From contig NC_010296.1 in NCBI RefSeq assembly GCF_000010625.1, positions 5,580,001-5,612,000 of the forward strand: 32,000 bases of DNA. Reading direction: 5' to 3'. The notes below the pieces were generated by a model that worked only from the letters and a program-made list of their open reading frames with translations, had not been told where the DNA came from and did not search any database. Below are positions 8,032 through 16,876 of this stretch, piece by piece (the first letter of the stretch is position 1; each line of letters begins with the position of its first letter). The DNA is from Microcystis aeruginosa NIES-843. Its GTDB lineage: Bacteria > Cyanobacteriota > Cyanobacteriia > Cyanobacteriales > Microcystaceae. The position numbers were made by a program, and so were the translations under genes.

Positions 8032-9258
8032 TCAAAGGGGAAGTCCAGTCATAACTTCTACTGTTTCTCCCGCTTGTATAGTAGTTTTACCCTGGGGAAT
8101 TATGGCTAAAGCATTAGTACCCGCTAAATTAATTAAATTAGCCGAATTGTGTTGTCCAGAAGCAAGTTGAAATTGATAAACTCCCTCGATAATTTCTATT
8201 TTTCCCCAGAGATAAACTTCTCTTTGTCCATTAGATTGGAGAGTATCGCGGGTGACAACTCGCAGAAATTTGTTCTGATATTCTGTCAATCCCGATAATT
8301 TTTTAATGGCCATTTGCACGAAGCGCCAACAGGAAACTAAAGCAGAGACGGGATTACCGGGGATACCAAAGTAAATACAACCGTTAGGAAAAGTAGCAAA
8401 GGTTAGGGGTTTACCCGGTTGAATAGCAACGCTGCCAATCAGAATTTTTCCCCCTAATTCCCCTAAAATTCCCTCGATATAATCGTAATCTCCTACGGAA
8501 ACACCGCCGGTGGAAAGGACGATGGCACTAGAATTAATGGCTTTTCTGATAGTTTCTCTGAGAAGATCGGGATTATCTTTGATTATACCTAAAGGTCTGG
8601 GAATTGCCCCTAAACTGGCGACAAATGCGGTTAAAGCGTAGCGATTCGAGTCAATAATTTGACCTTTTTGGAGGGTTTCATCGGGATTAATTAATTCATC
8701 TCCCGTGGAGAAAATTGCCACTTGGGGACGGGAAAACACTGTTAATTCGGTAGCTTGTGCCGTGGCTAAAACCGCTATTTCTGGGGAATTAAGGGCAATA
8801 CCAGCTTTTAATAAGGTATTTCCCGCTCGATAGAATGTGCCACGTTGACGCACGAAAAGACCTATTTTTTCGGGAGGGATAAGAATCGCCACTCGCTCCC
8901 CTTGTTTTTGAGTATTTTCCTGCATAATAATCGTATCACTGCCGGCGGGTAACATCGCTCCGGTAAAAATCCGGGCTGTTTCTCCTGGTTGAATAATTTT
9001 TTCGGGGACTTTGCCGGCGGGAATTTCGGCGATAATCTTTAAAGTAACGGGATTTTCTGGATTAGTGTCTTTGACATCTTCGTAGCGGACAGCATAGCCA
9101 TCCATAGCAGAATTATCCCAGTAGGGAAAGTCTAAATCACTGCTGATATCTTCGGCTAAAATGCGCCCAAAAGCTGCCTCTAGAGAAACTTTTTCTGTTT
9201 CTTGTCGGGGTTGAATTTGAGTTAAAATTATAGATTCTGCTTCTTTGACTGAGTACAT
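8032..9258 (-). CDS. moeA: Molybdopterin molybdenumtransferase MoeA
   Basis: The 408-aa ORF has the motifs SAMDGYAVR, TGAMLP, STGDEL and TGGVSVGDYDY typical of MoeA/gephyrin E-domain proteins. Confidence 0.9.
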   Translation of the reverse strand: MYSVKEAESIILTQIQPRQETEKVSLEAAFGRILAEDISSDLDFPYWDNSAMDGYAVRYEDVKDTNPENPVTLKIIAEIPAGKVPEKIIQPGETARIFTGAMLPAGSDTIIMQENTQKQGERVAILIPPEKIGLFVRQRGTFYRAGNTLLKAGIALNSPEIAVLATAQATELTVFSRPQVAIFSTGDELINPDETLQKGQIIDSNRYALTAFVASLGAIPRPLGIIKDNPDLLRETIRKAINSSAIVLSTGGVSVGDYDYIEGILGELGGKILIGSVAIQPGKPLTFATFPNGCIYFGIPGNPVSALVSCWRFVQMAIKKLSGLTEYQNKFLRVVTRDTLQSNGQREVYLWGKIEIIEGVYQFQLASGQHNSANLINLAGTNALAIIPQGKTTIQAGETVEVMTGLPL

Positions 9259-9269
9259 GGATTAAACAA

Positions 9270-10163
9270 ATGAACCGATTAGCTAGATTAAGGGTGGAAG
9301 ATATACAAGCTTGGGTCGGGGAAGTGCATTTATCGGATAGGAAGGGTCAGACTGCCTATTATATACCGGTTTTGAACCAAGTTAATCCCGAGGTTTTCGC
9401 TCTCCAGATTCACTGTCTTGAGGGGGAGATTTTGTCTTGGGGAGATGAAACTGTAACTTTTCCTTTGATGAGTGTGATTAAACCTTTTTTGTTATTATAT
9501 CTTTTAACTCATTTGGGGGAAGATGCTGTTTTTCGTCGCGTGGGAAAACAAGCTTCTAGTTATCCTTTTAATTCCTTAACTCAACTGCAAGAGGATTGCG
9601 GTTTTCCCCGTAATCCTATGATTAATAGTGGTGCGATCGCCTTGACAGACTTATTAGCAGGAGAAACGCCAGAATCTCGCTGTGAAAATTTGCTTTTATG
9701 GTTAAATGAAATGGGTAATTGTCAATTATTTCTCGATCACTCTGTGCTTGATTCTGTTCACTCCTATCCTAATGCACACAATCAAGCTTTAAGCTTAGAA
9801 TTAGAAAAAAATGGTTATATCAGTCATCGTTATTTAGCCCTAGAAACCTACAATCGAATCTGTTGTTTATCTGGAAAAATTGCCGATCTTGCTAATTTAG
9901 GTAAGTTGATTTTAGCTTCTTCTTTTGCCGAAATTATTCTAGAAATTATGACTAATTGTGGACTCTACGAAGCTTCCCAACAATTCGCCCTTGAGGTGGG
10001 TTTTCCCACTAAATCGGGAGTTAGTGGGGCCCTATTATCAATTGTACCGAAACAGGGAGCGATCGCTTGTTATAGTCCTCTGTTAAATGAGCAAGGTAAT
10101 TCAATTTTAGGACTTAATTTACTAACATATATAAGTAGGTGGATGGAATTAAATATAAGATGA
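9270..10163 (+). CDS. glsA: Glutaminase A
   Basis: The 297-aa ORF has the motifs FPLMSVIKPF (the S-x-x-K catalytic motif), NPMINSGAIAL and PTKSGVSGALLSIVP, which are characteristic of glutaminases of the serine beta-lactamase-like fold. Confidence 0.8.
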   Translation: MNRLARLRVEDIQAWVGEVHLSDRKGQTAYYIPVLNQVNPEVFALQIHCLEGEILSWGDETVTFPLMSVIKPFLLLYLLTHLGEDAVFRRVGKQASSYPFNSLTQLQEDCGFPRNPMINSGAIALTDLLAGETPESRCENLLLWLNEMGNCQLFLDHSVLDSVHSYPNAHNQALSLELEKNGYISHRYLALETYNRICCLSGKIADLANLGKLILASSFAEIILEIMTNCGLYEASQQFALEVGFPTKSGVSGALLSIVPKQGAIACYSPLLNEQGNSILGLNLLTYISRWMELNIR

Positions 10164-10168
10164 ACGTA

Positions 10169-10195
10169 GGTTGGGTTGAAGCATGAAACCCAACC
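10169..10195. terminator. Hairpin between convergent genes, which could be a terminator or a dispersed palindromic repeat
   Basis: A perfect 9-bp stem GGTTGGGTT / AACCCAACC with a 9-nt loop starts 6 nt after the glutaminase stop. No U-tract follows on either strand, so terminator function is uncertain. Confidence 0.3.
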
Positions 10196-10271
10196 CCCTG
10201 GGTAAGCAACTCACATAAAGTTCATTTTGTCAAGGATTGTTAAGATGCGCTTACCCTGATAATTCCAGTGA

Positions 10272-12167
10272 TCAATTGGCTATCCTGATCATCTCTGGTG
10301 ATTTTCCCGCAGCATAAATATCCCACATTGTCCGATAAGCTTTTTCTAAATTGCGGGTAAAAAGAAGGGTATCAAATAACGGATAAGTCAGACGATTTTG
10401 GGCTAGTTTCTGTTTAATTTCCTGCAATTTATCAGGAGATTTTGCTAAATTAATCGCTAAATTTTTATACTCCTCTAAATTCTTAGTAATTAATTCAGGT
10501 AGGCCAATAGCTGTCAGTAAACTAGCACCAACACGGGAAGGAAAAGTTGCACCTGGACAAGTTATAATCGGTAAACCTGCCCATAAAGCATCACTCCCAG
10601 TCGTATGAGCATTATAGTATAAAGTATCAAGAAATAAATCAGCTAGTTGATGTCGCGCCAAATGTTCCGACTTAGGTTGGAGATGGGCAAAAATTAAGCG
10701 ATCGCCCTCAATTCCTCGCGCTTGTGCTTCCCGACGTAGATTTGCTTCCGCTTCTGCTACTCTCGAAAATAACCATAACACACTACCTGGAACATTAGCC
10801 AAAATTTGCATCCATACAGTGAATATTTGCGGCTCAATTTTATAGGTATGGTTGAAACAACAAAAGACAAAACCCGATTCAGGAAGACCATAATGGGAAC
10901 GAGTAACAGGTTTAGATGATATAATTTGTTGATAATCATTAGCCTGATAACTATCCGGTAAAATTACCAATTTTTCAGTAAAATCATCAGCAGATTCTGG
11001 TGGTGTAACTATGGCATCACCAATAATATAGTCGATAAAATCTGCTCCCATTGTCCCCGGATAAACCAAATAATTAACTTGAATCGGTGCCGGTTTTAAA
11101 GCCAATATTTGCGTCCGCGCTTTATCAATATATCCCATCAAATCCACTAAAATATGCACCCCATCATGAAAAATCCGTTGTGCAGATTCCGTAATTGATA
11201 AAGTAGCAATATCATAAAAGCGATCGCAATCATTAGCAATGCGACGACGATATTCACTACCATCATCAGGACCATAGGAATAGGCAATTATTTCAAAGTT
11301 ATTGCGATCATGTAAACCAAAGACACTTTGCATCAAATGACTGGTGGGATGATTACGAAAATCATGGCATAAATAACCTATTTTTAATCGTCCAGATCGG
11401 GTGCGGGAATGGTTAAAGTTGAGGGGTTTAGTAATCAATGCTAATTGTCTTTTAATTTCTTGAGCATAGTTAGAAGCTACTTTTAACTGTTGAGTAGCAG
11501 ACCAAGGTTTATATAAGCTATCAAAGGGAGTTACTGCGGTAGTTTTTCTCTCTTGTAACTGTTTTTCTGTTAATTGCCAAAGTTGAATTAAATCAGCTTC
11601 TCTTGTGTCCCAATTACAAGTCATTTCCTTCATAGAAAATAAGCAAGCAAAAGCCTCTGGGGAATTAGGTTGAATGGCTAAAGCTTGCTTAAATACGCTC
11701 ATAGCTGCTTCTACTTTGTCCTGTCTTCCTAACGCTAAAGCTAAACTATTGTAAGCTTTAATGTATTTAGGGTTAAGCTTAATTGCTGTTTGGAAATAAG
11801 CGATCGCTTCTTCAGTTTTTCCCTGTAGTTGTAACACATTTCCTAAATTAAAGTGTGCCTCTGGATAATTAGGGTTTTTCCTGATTGCTTCTTGAAAATT
11901 GACCACAGCATCCCCTAACTTATCCTGCATTTGTAAGACTAAACCTAAATTATTCTCAGCAAAAGCATAGTTTTGATTGCTACGAATAGCTTGGTTAAAG
12001 CAAATAATCGCCTCGTCTAAATCTCCCTTGCTAACTGCTATTATTCCTAAATTATTGTGAGCTTCTGCATAATTAGGATTAATCAATAAAGCTTGCTTGT
12101 AAGCCAAAATAGCTTGATCAATTTGTCCTAAACTATCCATGATTACCCCCAACTGATGCGGGAGCAT
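10272..12167 (-). CDS. TPR-repeat plus SPINDLY/O-GlcNAc-transferase-type glycosyltransferase; this is the C-terminal half of a gene split by a MITE
   Basis: The 631-aa ORF has about 5 TPR units (NPNYAEAHNNLG, NPNYPEAHFNLG, ...) followed by a GT41-like domain (YLCHDFRNHPTSHL, CFNHTYKI, NAHTTGSDALWAGLP). The annotated ATG lies inside the MITE terminal repeat. Confidence 0.8.
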   Translation of the reverse strand: MLPHQLGVIMDSLGQIDQAILAYKQALLINPNYAEAHNNLGIIAVSKGDLDEAIICFNQAIRSNQNYAFAENNLGLVLQMQDKLGDAVVNFQEAIRKNPNYPEAHFNLGNVLQLQGKTEEAIAYFQTAIKLNPKYIKAYNSLALALGRQDKVEAAMSVFKQALAIQPNSPEAFACLFSMKEMTCNWDTREADLIQLWQLTEKQLQERKTTAVTPFDSLYKPWSATQQLKVASNYAQEIKRQLALITKPLNFNHSRTRSGRLKIGYLCHDFRNHPTSHLMQSVFGLHDRNNFEIIAYSYGPDDGSEYRRRIANDCDRFYDIATLSITESAQRIFHDGVHILVDLMGYIDKARTQILALKPAPIQVNYLVYPGTMGADFIDYIIGDAIVTPPESADDFTEKLVILPDSYQANDYQQIISSKPVTRSHYGLPESGFVFCCFNHTYKIEPQIFTVWMQILANVPGSVLWLFSRVAEAEANLRREAQARGIEGDRLIFAHLQPKSEHLARHQLADLFLDTLYYNAHTTGSDALWAGLPIITCPGATFPSRVGASLLTAIGLPELITKNLEEYKNLAINLAKSPDKLQEIKQKLAQNRLTYPLFDTLLFTRNLEKAYRTMWDIYAAGKSPEMIRIAN

Positions 12168-12281
12168 CTCACCTTTGTAACCCCTAAATCAGGTTTTTAT
12201 GTCAAGCTATTTTGAAAGCCTTGCTAGAAACCAGTTTTATGGATAAGTATAATTACTCACTTGCATAAATGAGATGCTCCC
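12160..12281. mobile_element. 122-bp MITE inserted inside a TPR-coding region
   Basis: It has perfect 12-bp terminal inverted repeats, GGGAGCATCTCA (12160-12171) and TGAGATGCTCCC (12270-12281), extending imperfectly to about 21 bp. The 9-bp TSD AACTGATGC occurs at 12151-12159 and 12282-12290. Confidence 0.85.
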
Positions 12282-13528
12282 AACTGATGCCAAGCGGCTG
12301 CATATTGGGGAGATTGATTAATTAATTGTTGATAGAGAGCGATCGCTTCTTCAAGCTTAAGCTGTTTTTGCAAGGTGTATGCTTGCCGATAAAGGGTATC
12401 TGCTGGGGAAGTATCAGGCTGATTATTTGCTATATTTCCTCCAACTAAAGGAGAAATAGGATCAAGAGTAATAATTTTACTGATGTCATCATTTTGAAAT
12501 CCTAAAGCTTGGGGACGTTTAACTCCTTCTAAGACTTGTATATCATAAAGTTCAGTCACTTCACCTTCTAAGCGTATCCAGTGAACAACTTCACCTGTTT
12601 TCAAGTCAATAATTAGCAGACCACAGCGAGGCTCTGCTTCTTTAGCCATTAAATTATCATCTAAGATTAACCCCGAAAAAGTCTTATCTCCCCCACGACT
12701 TTTAGATAATCCAACAATGGCATAATTTCTGACAAATGCTAAACCGCGCAGAAAACCAGGACAAAAAGTAACAGGCTCAAAAATGCCCTTATTTTGATCA
12801 ATATAACCAAAGTAACCCGTACCCGCATTTAATAACCATAACTTACCCTGATAAAATCGGGGAGAATGAGGCATAGATAAACCAGTAGCAATTACTTCAT
12901 TAGACTGAATATCAATGACACAACCGCCAGTTTGTCTTCTGTCTCTCCACCCATCCACCACATCTGATTGACTACAAGCGGTAACATAACGCGCCTTCCC
13001 ATCTACCAAAGCTAAACCATTGAGATGACAACGATCTTCATTGACTAAAGCGGAAATAAACGACGGTTTCCATAGGGGAATACAACTATGGCGATCGCTG
13101 ACTGTCGCCAGACAATTTAACATCGTACTGATAAATATAATTCTTTCAGAGAGATTTTCTATTGCCAAATCGTGAATATCTAAATCCCCAGTAGTATAAC
13201 TAATGCGGGGGATATAAAGTTTATCGTAACCATTATAAAGCTGTTCGGATGATAGCACATTATCTAGTTGCCAGATTTGATAGCGGGAACTAAGATAAAT
13301 CCTTTCTGGGGTAGTATATAAACCCATGGCGCGGTCAAATATCCGCTCAAATCCCGACATCCCCCTGTGGGGGTTAACTCCTAAAAACATCAGTCGAGAA
13401 CTTTGATAGGTAGTAAAAGCCAGACTAATCTGCTGAGACTCTAACCAATCAATGAAATTACGGGAAGCAATTATCTCTACGGGGATAGATTGATTAGTGG
13501 GACTTAAACAAATTTCAAGCCCAAACAA
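12257..13528 (-). CDS. TIGR03032-family domain protein; this is the N-terminal half of the split gene, and its own 5' end is displaced by an IS
   Basis: The 423-aa ORF resembles the TIGR03032 conserved hypothetical family (recalled from memory) and ends in a first TPR unit. The last 7 codons (ASHLCK-stop) are MITE-encoded. The first 9 codons (MFGLEICLS) are IS-encoded. Confidence 0.7.
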   Translation of the reverse strand: MFGLEICLSPTNQSIPVEIIASRNFIDWLESQQISLAFTTYQSSRLMFLGVNPHRGMSGFERIFDRAMGLYTTPERIYLSSRYQIWQLDNVLSSEQLYNGYDKLYIPRISYTTGDLDIHDLAIENLSERIIFISTMLNCLATVSDRHSCIPLWKPSFISALVNEDRCHLNGLALVDGKARYVTACSQSDVVDGWRDRRQTGGCVIDIQSNEVIATGLSMPHSPRFYQGKLWLLNAGTGYFGYIDQNKGIFEPVTFCPGFLRGLAFVRNYAIVGLSKSRGGDKTFSGLILDDNLMAKEAEPRCGLLIIDLKTGEVVHWIRLEGEVTELYDIQVLEGVKRPQALGFQNDDISKIITLDPISPLVGGNIANNQPDTSPADTLYRQAYTLQKQLKLEEAIALYQQLINQSPQYAAAWHQLGASHLCK

Positions 13529-14859
13529 AGCCTAAACTGGCTTTGTAAGCGGCAAACACATCCCGATTCTCGGTCAGCCACTCAAAGAAACGGAAAGACA
13601 TCGCTGTCCGAAAAGCTTCCAAGGCTTCCACAAAAGTGTTTAAAGGTCGATTCGCCCACTGCCTTTGCAATCCCCCAGTTAACTTATGCCACAGGATAAA
13701 TGTATAGGCACAAAACACCAGGATAAAATGACGAAGTAAGCTTCGTTTATCCCTGACTTGATATTCCCTTAACCCTAACCATCCTTTGGCTTCTCGGTAG
13801 AATACTTCCACCCAATTTCTTTCGGTGTAAGTCCTCACTATCCACGAAGCTGTTACTGTATCTGCCTCAACTACATTGGTGATGAAATAGTCCACCTCTG
13901 TGGCTTTTTCCATTGAACTTGCATTCATGACGATCGCCAAGTTCCTTTCTCCTTCTAGTTGAGATATTTTCGCTCTGAATACCGCTACCCAAACCGTTTT
14001 TTCTTTATCTAGATTTAGGGTGATTTTCTCCCAATCCTTTTCTGATAGGCTTTTTGCTAGTTGCTCAAGCTGGATTGTTTCTTCCACACCCCCTTCTTTT
14101 TCAATAATTACTTTTCGATTTTTTGCCAATCCTCCTAAGTATTTTAGCTTTCTTTCTTCCAGGGCTTTGAGAAAATTTGTGTTGTTGCCATAACCAGCAT
14201 CTATTAAGACGATTTTCGGTCGATAGCCTCTGGTTAAGCTCCGGTCAATTAAATCTATCGCTATCTCTGGTTTCTTCTTAAATTCTTTGTCTTCTTTCCC
14301 CTCGGCTAAGGAACTAGCCGGTTGATAAATTTCAATGTCTAGGGGGACACTTTTTTTGCCGTCGTAGAGATGGGTAGTGACGGCGACTATTCCGTTGTCT
14401 GTCTTGCCAATTTCTCCTAGGTACTGCCTGCCAACTCCGGCGGTCAGATTGCCACTTTTTCGATGTCCTGAGTCATCGACAATCAGGGAAAATCCTCGGG
14501 GGATTTGCGTCTGGCGGCATTGGTTCATCACTTGCAACCGACATTCATTCACCTGACGGTCTGACCAGGGAGATTCGGTCAAAAAGTGATGTAATCGGTT
14601 ATAAACTACTCCGACGGCATTATTGGCCATTTGAGTGAGGTTTTTCCTCTCACTTTCCCCTAATAATCCTCCTAAATATTGTCTGAAGCCGTTTTTTTGC
14701 GCTTCGTTTTTGAAGCAATTGTCAAACCGCCGACACCATCGGTCAAAGCATGGGGGCATCGCGGCTGGGGTTGTCTCTTTCATCGCTGATCTTTCAACGT
14801 AAAGTGCTTACTCTTTAACGATTATACTCGATTTGATCTTTATTTGGCGTTTAAGTCCC
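13499..14859 (-). mobile_element. Complete IS701-like (IS4 superfamily) insertion sequence (1361 bp)
   Basis: The inverted repeats are GGGACTTAAAC (13499-13509) and GTTTAAGTCCC (14849-14859). The 6-bp TSD ATTAGT occurs at 13493-13498 and 14860-14865. Confidence 0.85.
13515..14783 (-). CDS. IS701-like DDE transposase
   Basis: The 422-aa ORF has an N-terminal region (FRQYLGGLL...RKNLTQMA...LHHFLTESPWSD) typical of IS701-group transposases, plus DDE-region motifs VDDSGH, LIDAGYG and YTERNWVEVFYREAK. Confidence 0.8.
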   Translation of the reverse strand: MKETTPAAMPPCFDRWCRRFDNCFKNEAQKNGFRQYLGGLLGESERKNLTQMANNAVGVVYNRLHHFLTESPWSDRQVNECRLQVMNQCRQTQIPRGFSLIVDDSGHRKSGNLTAGVGRQYLGEIGKTDNGIVAVTTHLYDGKKSVPLDIEIYQPASSLAEGKEDKEFKKKPEIAIDLIDRSLTRGYRPKIVLIDAGYGNNTNFLKALEERKLKYLGGLAKNRKVIIEKEGGVEETIQLEQLAKSLSEKDWEKITLNLDKEKTVWVAVFRAKISQLEGERNLAIVMNASSMEKATEVDYFITNVVEADTVTASWIVRTYTERNWVEVFYREAKGWLGLREYQVRDKRSLLRHFILVFCAYTFILWHKLTGGLQRQWANRPLNTFVEALEAFRTAMSFRFFEWLTENRDVFAAYKASLGFVWA

Positions 14860-14915
14860 ATTAGTATTGGGAGTTGATTGATTCATCATAACCACAAAGA
14901 CACAAAGACTAGCCA

Positions 14916-15032
14916 GTAGGGTGTGAAGCGCGATAGCGTAACACACCAATTTAATAATAGAGGTGGTGCGTTACGGCGGATTGTTAATTTTGGTTTTTTG
15001 ACCGAATTGATGGCCGCAAATACGCACCCTAC
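14916..15032. repeat. About 117-bp dispersed repeat with GTAGGGTG...CACCCTAC termini (copy D1)
   Basis: It aligns by eye over its full length with 16879-16991: ...GATAGCGTAAC(A/G)CACCAATTTAAT(A/G)ATAGAGGTGGTGCGTTACGGCGG.TTGTTAATTTTGGTTTTTTGAC... Its termini are inverted. Confidence 0.7.
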
Positions 15033-15113
15033 ACCTAAATTAGGTGTGTCAGTCCACTACGATTTATGTTTTTGTTTGAGCGCGATCGTTTATAATCAAA
15101 ATATCATTATTTT

Positions 15114-15325
15114 GGGTTTGCTGAATAAGTACGGGCGAAGCATTCGGATAGAAAATCTACCTTTTCACCGATAGGTTATTGTCCGAATGCTTCGCCCCTA
15201 CAGGACGCGGGCCGATGAAGACGCAAGGTTTTGAACGACGATTCTCTCAAAATCTTGCACCTGTTTCGCGAGAAAAGCCCCAAAACCTTTACTTTGCCTA
15301 CATTTCAAATTTATTCAGCAAACCC
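15114..15325. mobile_element. 212-bp MITE of the GGGTTTGCTGAATAA-terminus family (copy C), with a different core
   Basis: The termini are GGGTTTGCTGAATAA and TTATTCAGCAAACCC. The 6-bp TSD TATTTT occurs at 15108-15113 and 15326-15331. There is an internal inverted repeat, GGGCGAAGCATTCGGA / TCCGAATGCTTCGCCC. Confidence 0.8.
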
Positions 15326-15345
15326 TATTTTGGAGTAAAAGAAAA

Positions 15346-15576
15346 ATGCGTAAACAGACCATTCAATATACATCATCTTTAGATGCTTTGATTGCTGTTG
15401 CCAAGCGACTTAGCGTTTATGAGAATCAACATAAAATGGATTCCGAAGATTTTTATAACCAATACAATCAGGGAACATTATCAGATGATATAATATTTAT
15501 AGAATGGGCAAACGATTATCGTCATTACCTTGCTTTGCGTCAAGAATTAGAACAAATATTAAATCATGCTGCTTAA
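15346..15576 (+). CDS. Hypothetical 76-aa protein, possibly the antitoxin-like partner of a truncated downstream gene
   Basis: A GGAG lies about 10 nt upstream of the ATG. Its stop overlaps the start of a second ORF (ATGCTGCTTAA, MLLKLLSDYLNQVEQAIVQPV...), which is cut off after about 20 codons by repeat D2 and IS630. Confidence 0.45.
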   Translation: MRKQTIQYTSSLDALIAVAKRLSVYENQHKMDSEDFYNQYNQGTLSDDIIFIEWANDYRHYLALRQELEQILNHAA

Positions 15577-15628
15577 ACTTTTATCTGATTACCTCAATCA
15601 AGTAGAGCAAGCAATTGTGCAGCCAGTA

Positions 15629-16876
15629 GTGGACTGTTTCAGCTAATTTGGTGCAATAGATTCTCCCGATTCCTCCTCCTCAAACACAGGATAAAGATGT
15701 TTCAGCTTGACCCTAGCATCGCTGGTCGTAAACGTCCATATTACTGTAGATGCAGTCTGATTACGTTCTTTTTGCCAGGTTTCTATCTCCCTTTTCAGTT
15801 CTTCCTTGCTAGAAATCCTTCTATCTAAACATTGCCTCGATAAGACGCTTAGTTCAGTTTCGGCTACATTTAACCAGCTACCATTACGAGGTGTGTAATA
15901 AATTTCCAGTCTTCTAGCTAAACGATGAGCAACGGGTGCTGGAAATGCTTCATAAAGCGAGGCTATGTTATGAGTGTTGAGATTATCACAGACGAGCTTG
16001 ACTTTTCGAGCCTTTGGATAGTCCACATCCAATAATTGACGAATTTCTTCTGCCCAATCTATTCGGGTTCGACTATCTCGGTTACTCACCCGTCTCCATC
16101 CTCGATGGGGGTCAAAAAACATGAACAAGGCTTGAACCCCTTCACGACTATAGTGATAGTCTTCTTTTTTATCTTGTCCAGGTTGCATGGGTATCGGAGG
16201 GTAAACTTCTCCAAGTAGTTGCTTTGATGCTTCATCCATCGCGATTAACGGTTCTTCTTCCGATGGCTGAGTGCCATACAGGTCAAGGACAACTTCCATC
16301 TGGGCAACAAATCGGGCTAAATCCTGTTCCGGAATACAGTATCTTTGGGTTTTCCAAGGGCGTAATTGGTTTTTTTTAGAGTACGCCACACCGTTGGACT
16401 GGAAATCTCGGTGATAATTTGTCTTTGTTTGAGTTCCGAGGTTAATAGTCGGATTGTCCACTCGGCTCGGCCAGATGGTGGCTCCGAACAGCACAGGGCA
16501 ATGATTTGGGCGGCGGCGGCTCCATCAACTTTTGCCGGAGTGGGGGGAGTTTTTCTCGATTTCCGTTCTAATGCTGGTTTTTCGCCTTTTTGAAGAAATC
16601 TTTGACGAATACGTCCCACTGTATTTCTATGAACTTCTAAAGCTTCGCCTATTTCTTCATCTGTCCATTTCCTTTTCGCCTGTTCTCCCTCGTCACACAT
16701 CAGCAAAATCCGAGCGTGGAGAATTTTTTTAGCTGGTGCATAGCCATTACGACTGATTTGTTCGAGGTTTTCTCTTTGTTCCCCTGTTAGATTGACTTTA
16801 TCTCGCCGACCTCTTCCCATGATTGATGTCCTCTGCTTGTTCGAGCTATTGCCCTATTTTAGCTGAAACAGTCCAG
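15629..16876 (-). mobile_element. Complete IS630-family insertion sequence (1248 bp)
   Basis: The inverted repeats are GTGGACTGTTTCAGCTAA (15629-) and TTAGCTGAAACAGTCCAG (-16876). A TA target duplication occurs at 15627-15628 and 16877-16878. It is inserted in the left terminus of repeat D2. Confidence 0.9.
15643..16820 (-). CDS. IS630 family transposase, encoded as two overlapping frames joined by a probable -1 frameshift
   Basis: OrfA (16317..16820) is an HTH domain. OrfB (15643..16494) is a DDE domain (VCDNLNTHN, GSWLNVAETELS). The two frames overlap at an A8 run (16370-16377 as T8 on the plus strand), with orfB in the -1 frame relative to orfA. Confidence 0.85.

Noticed and set aside
7684-8170. 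ORFs 7684..7992 (minus strand) and 7895..8170 (plus strand).
   Set aside because: They are encoded by MITE copy A, by the CCCCACA heptamer repeat (giving GVWGVGCGVWG) and by the antisense strand of the moeA 3' end. They are not credible genes.
9258-9270. The divergent moeA and glutaminase start codons are only 11 nt apart.
   Set aside because: This implies promoters embedded in the neighbouring coding regions, or a mis-called start for one gene. That is common in compact genomes, and I see no specific regulatory motif to report.
14923-15382. ORFs 14923..15174 and 15179..15382.
   Set aside because: They are read through repeat D1 and MITE copy C. The same peptide (THQFN.RGGALRR.VNFGFLTEL) is produced wherever the D repeat occurs, including after the truncated ORF at 15567.
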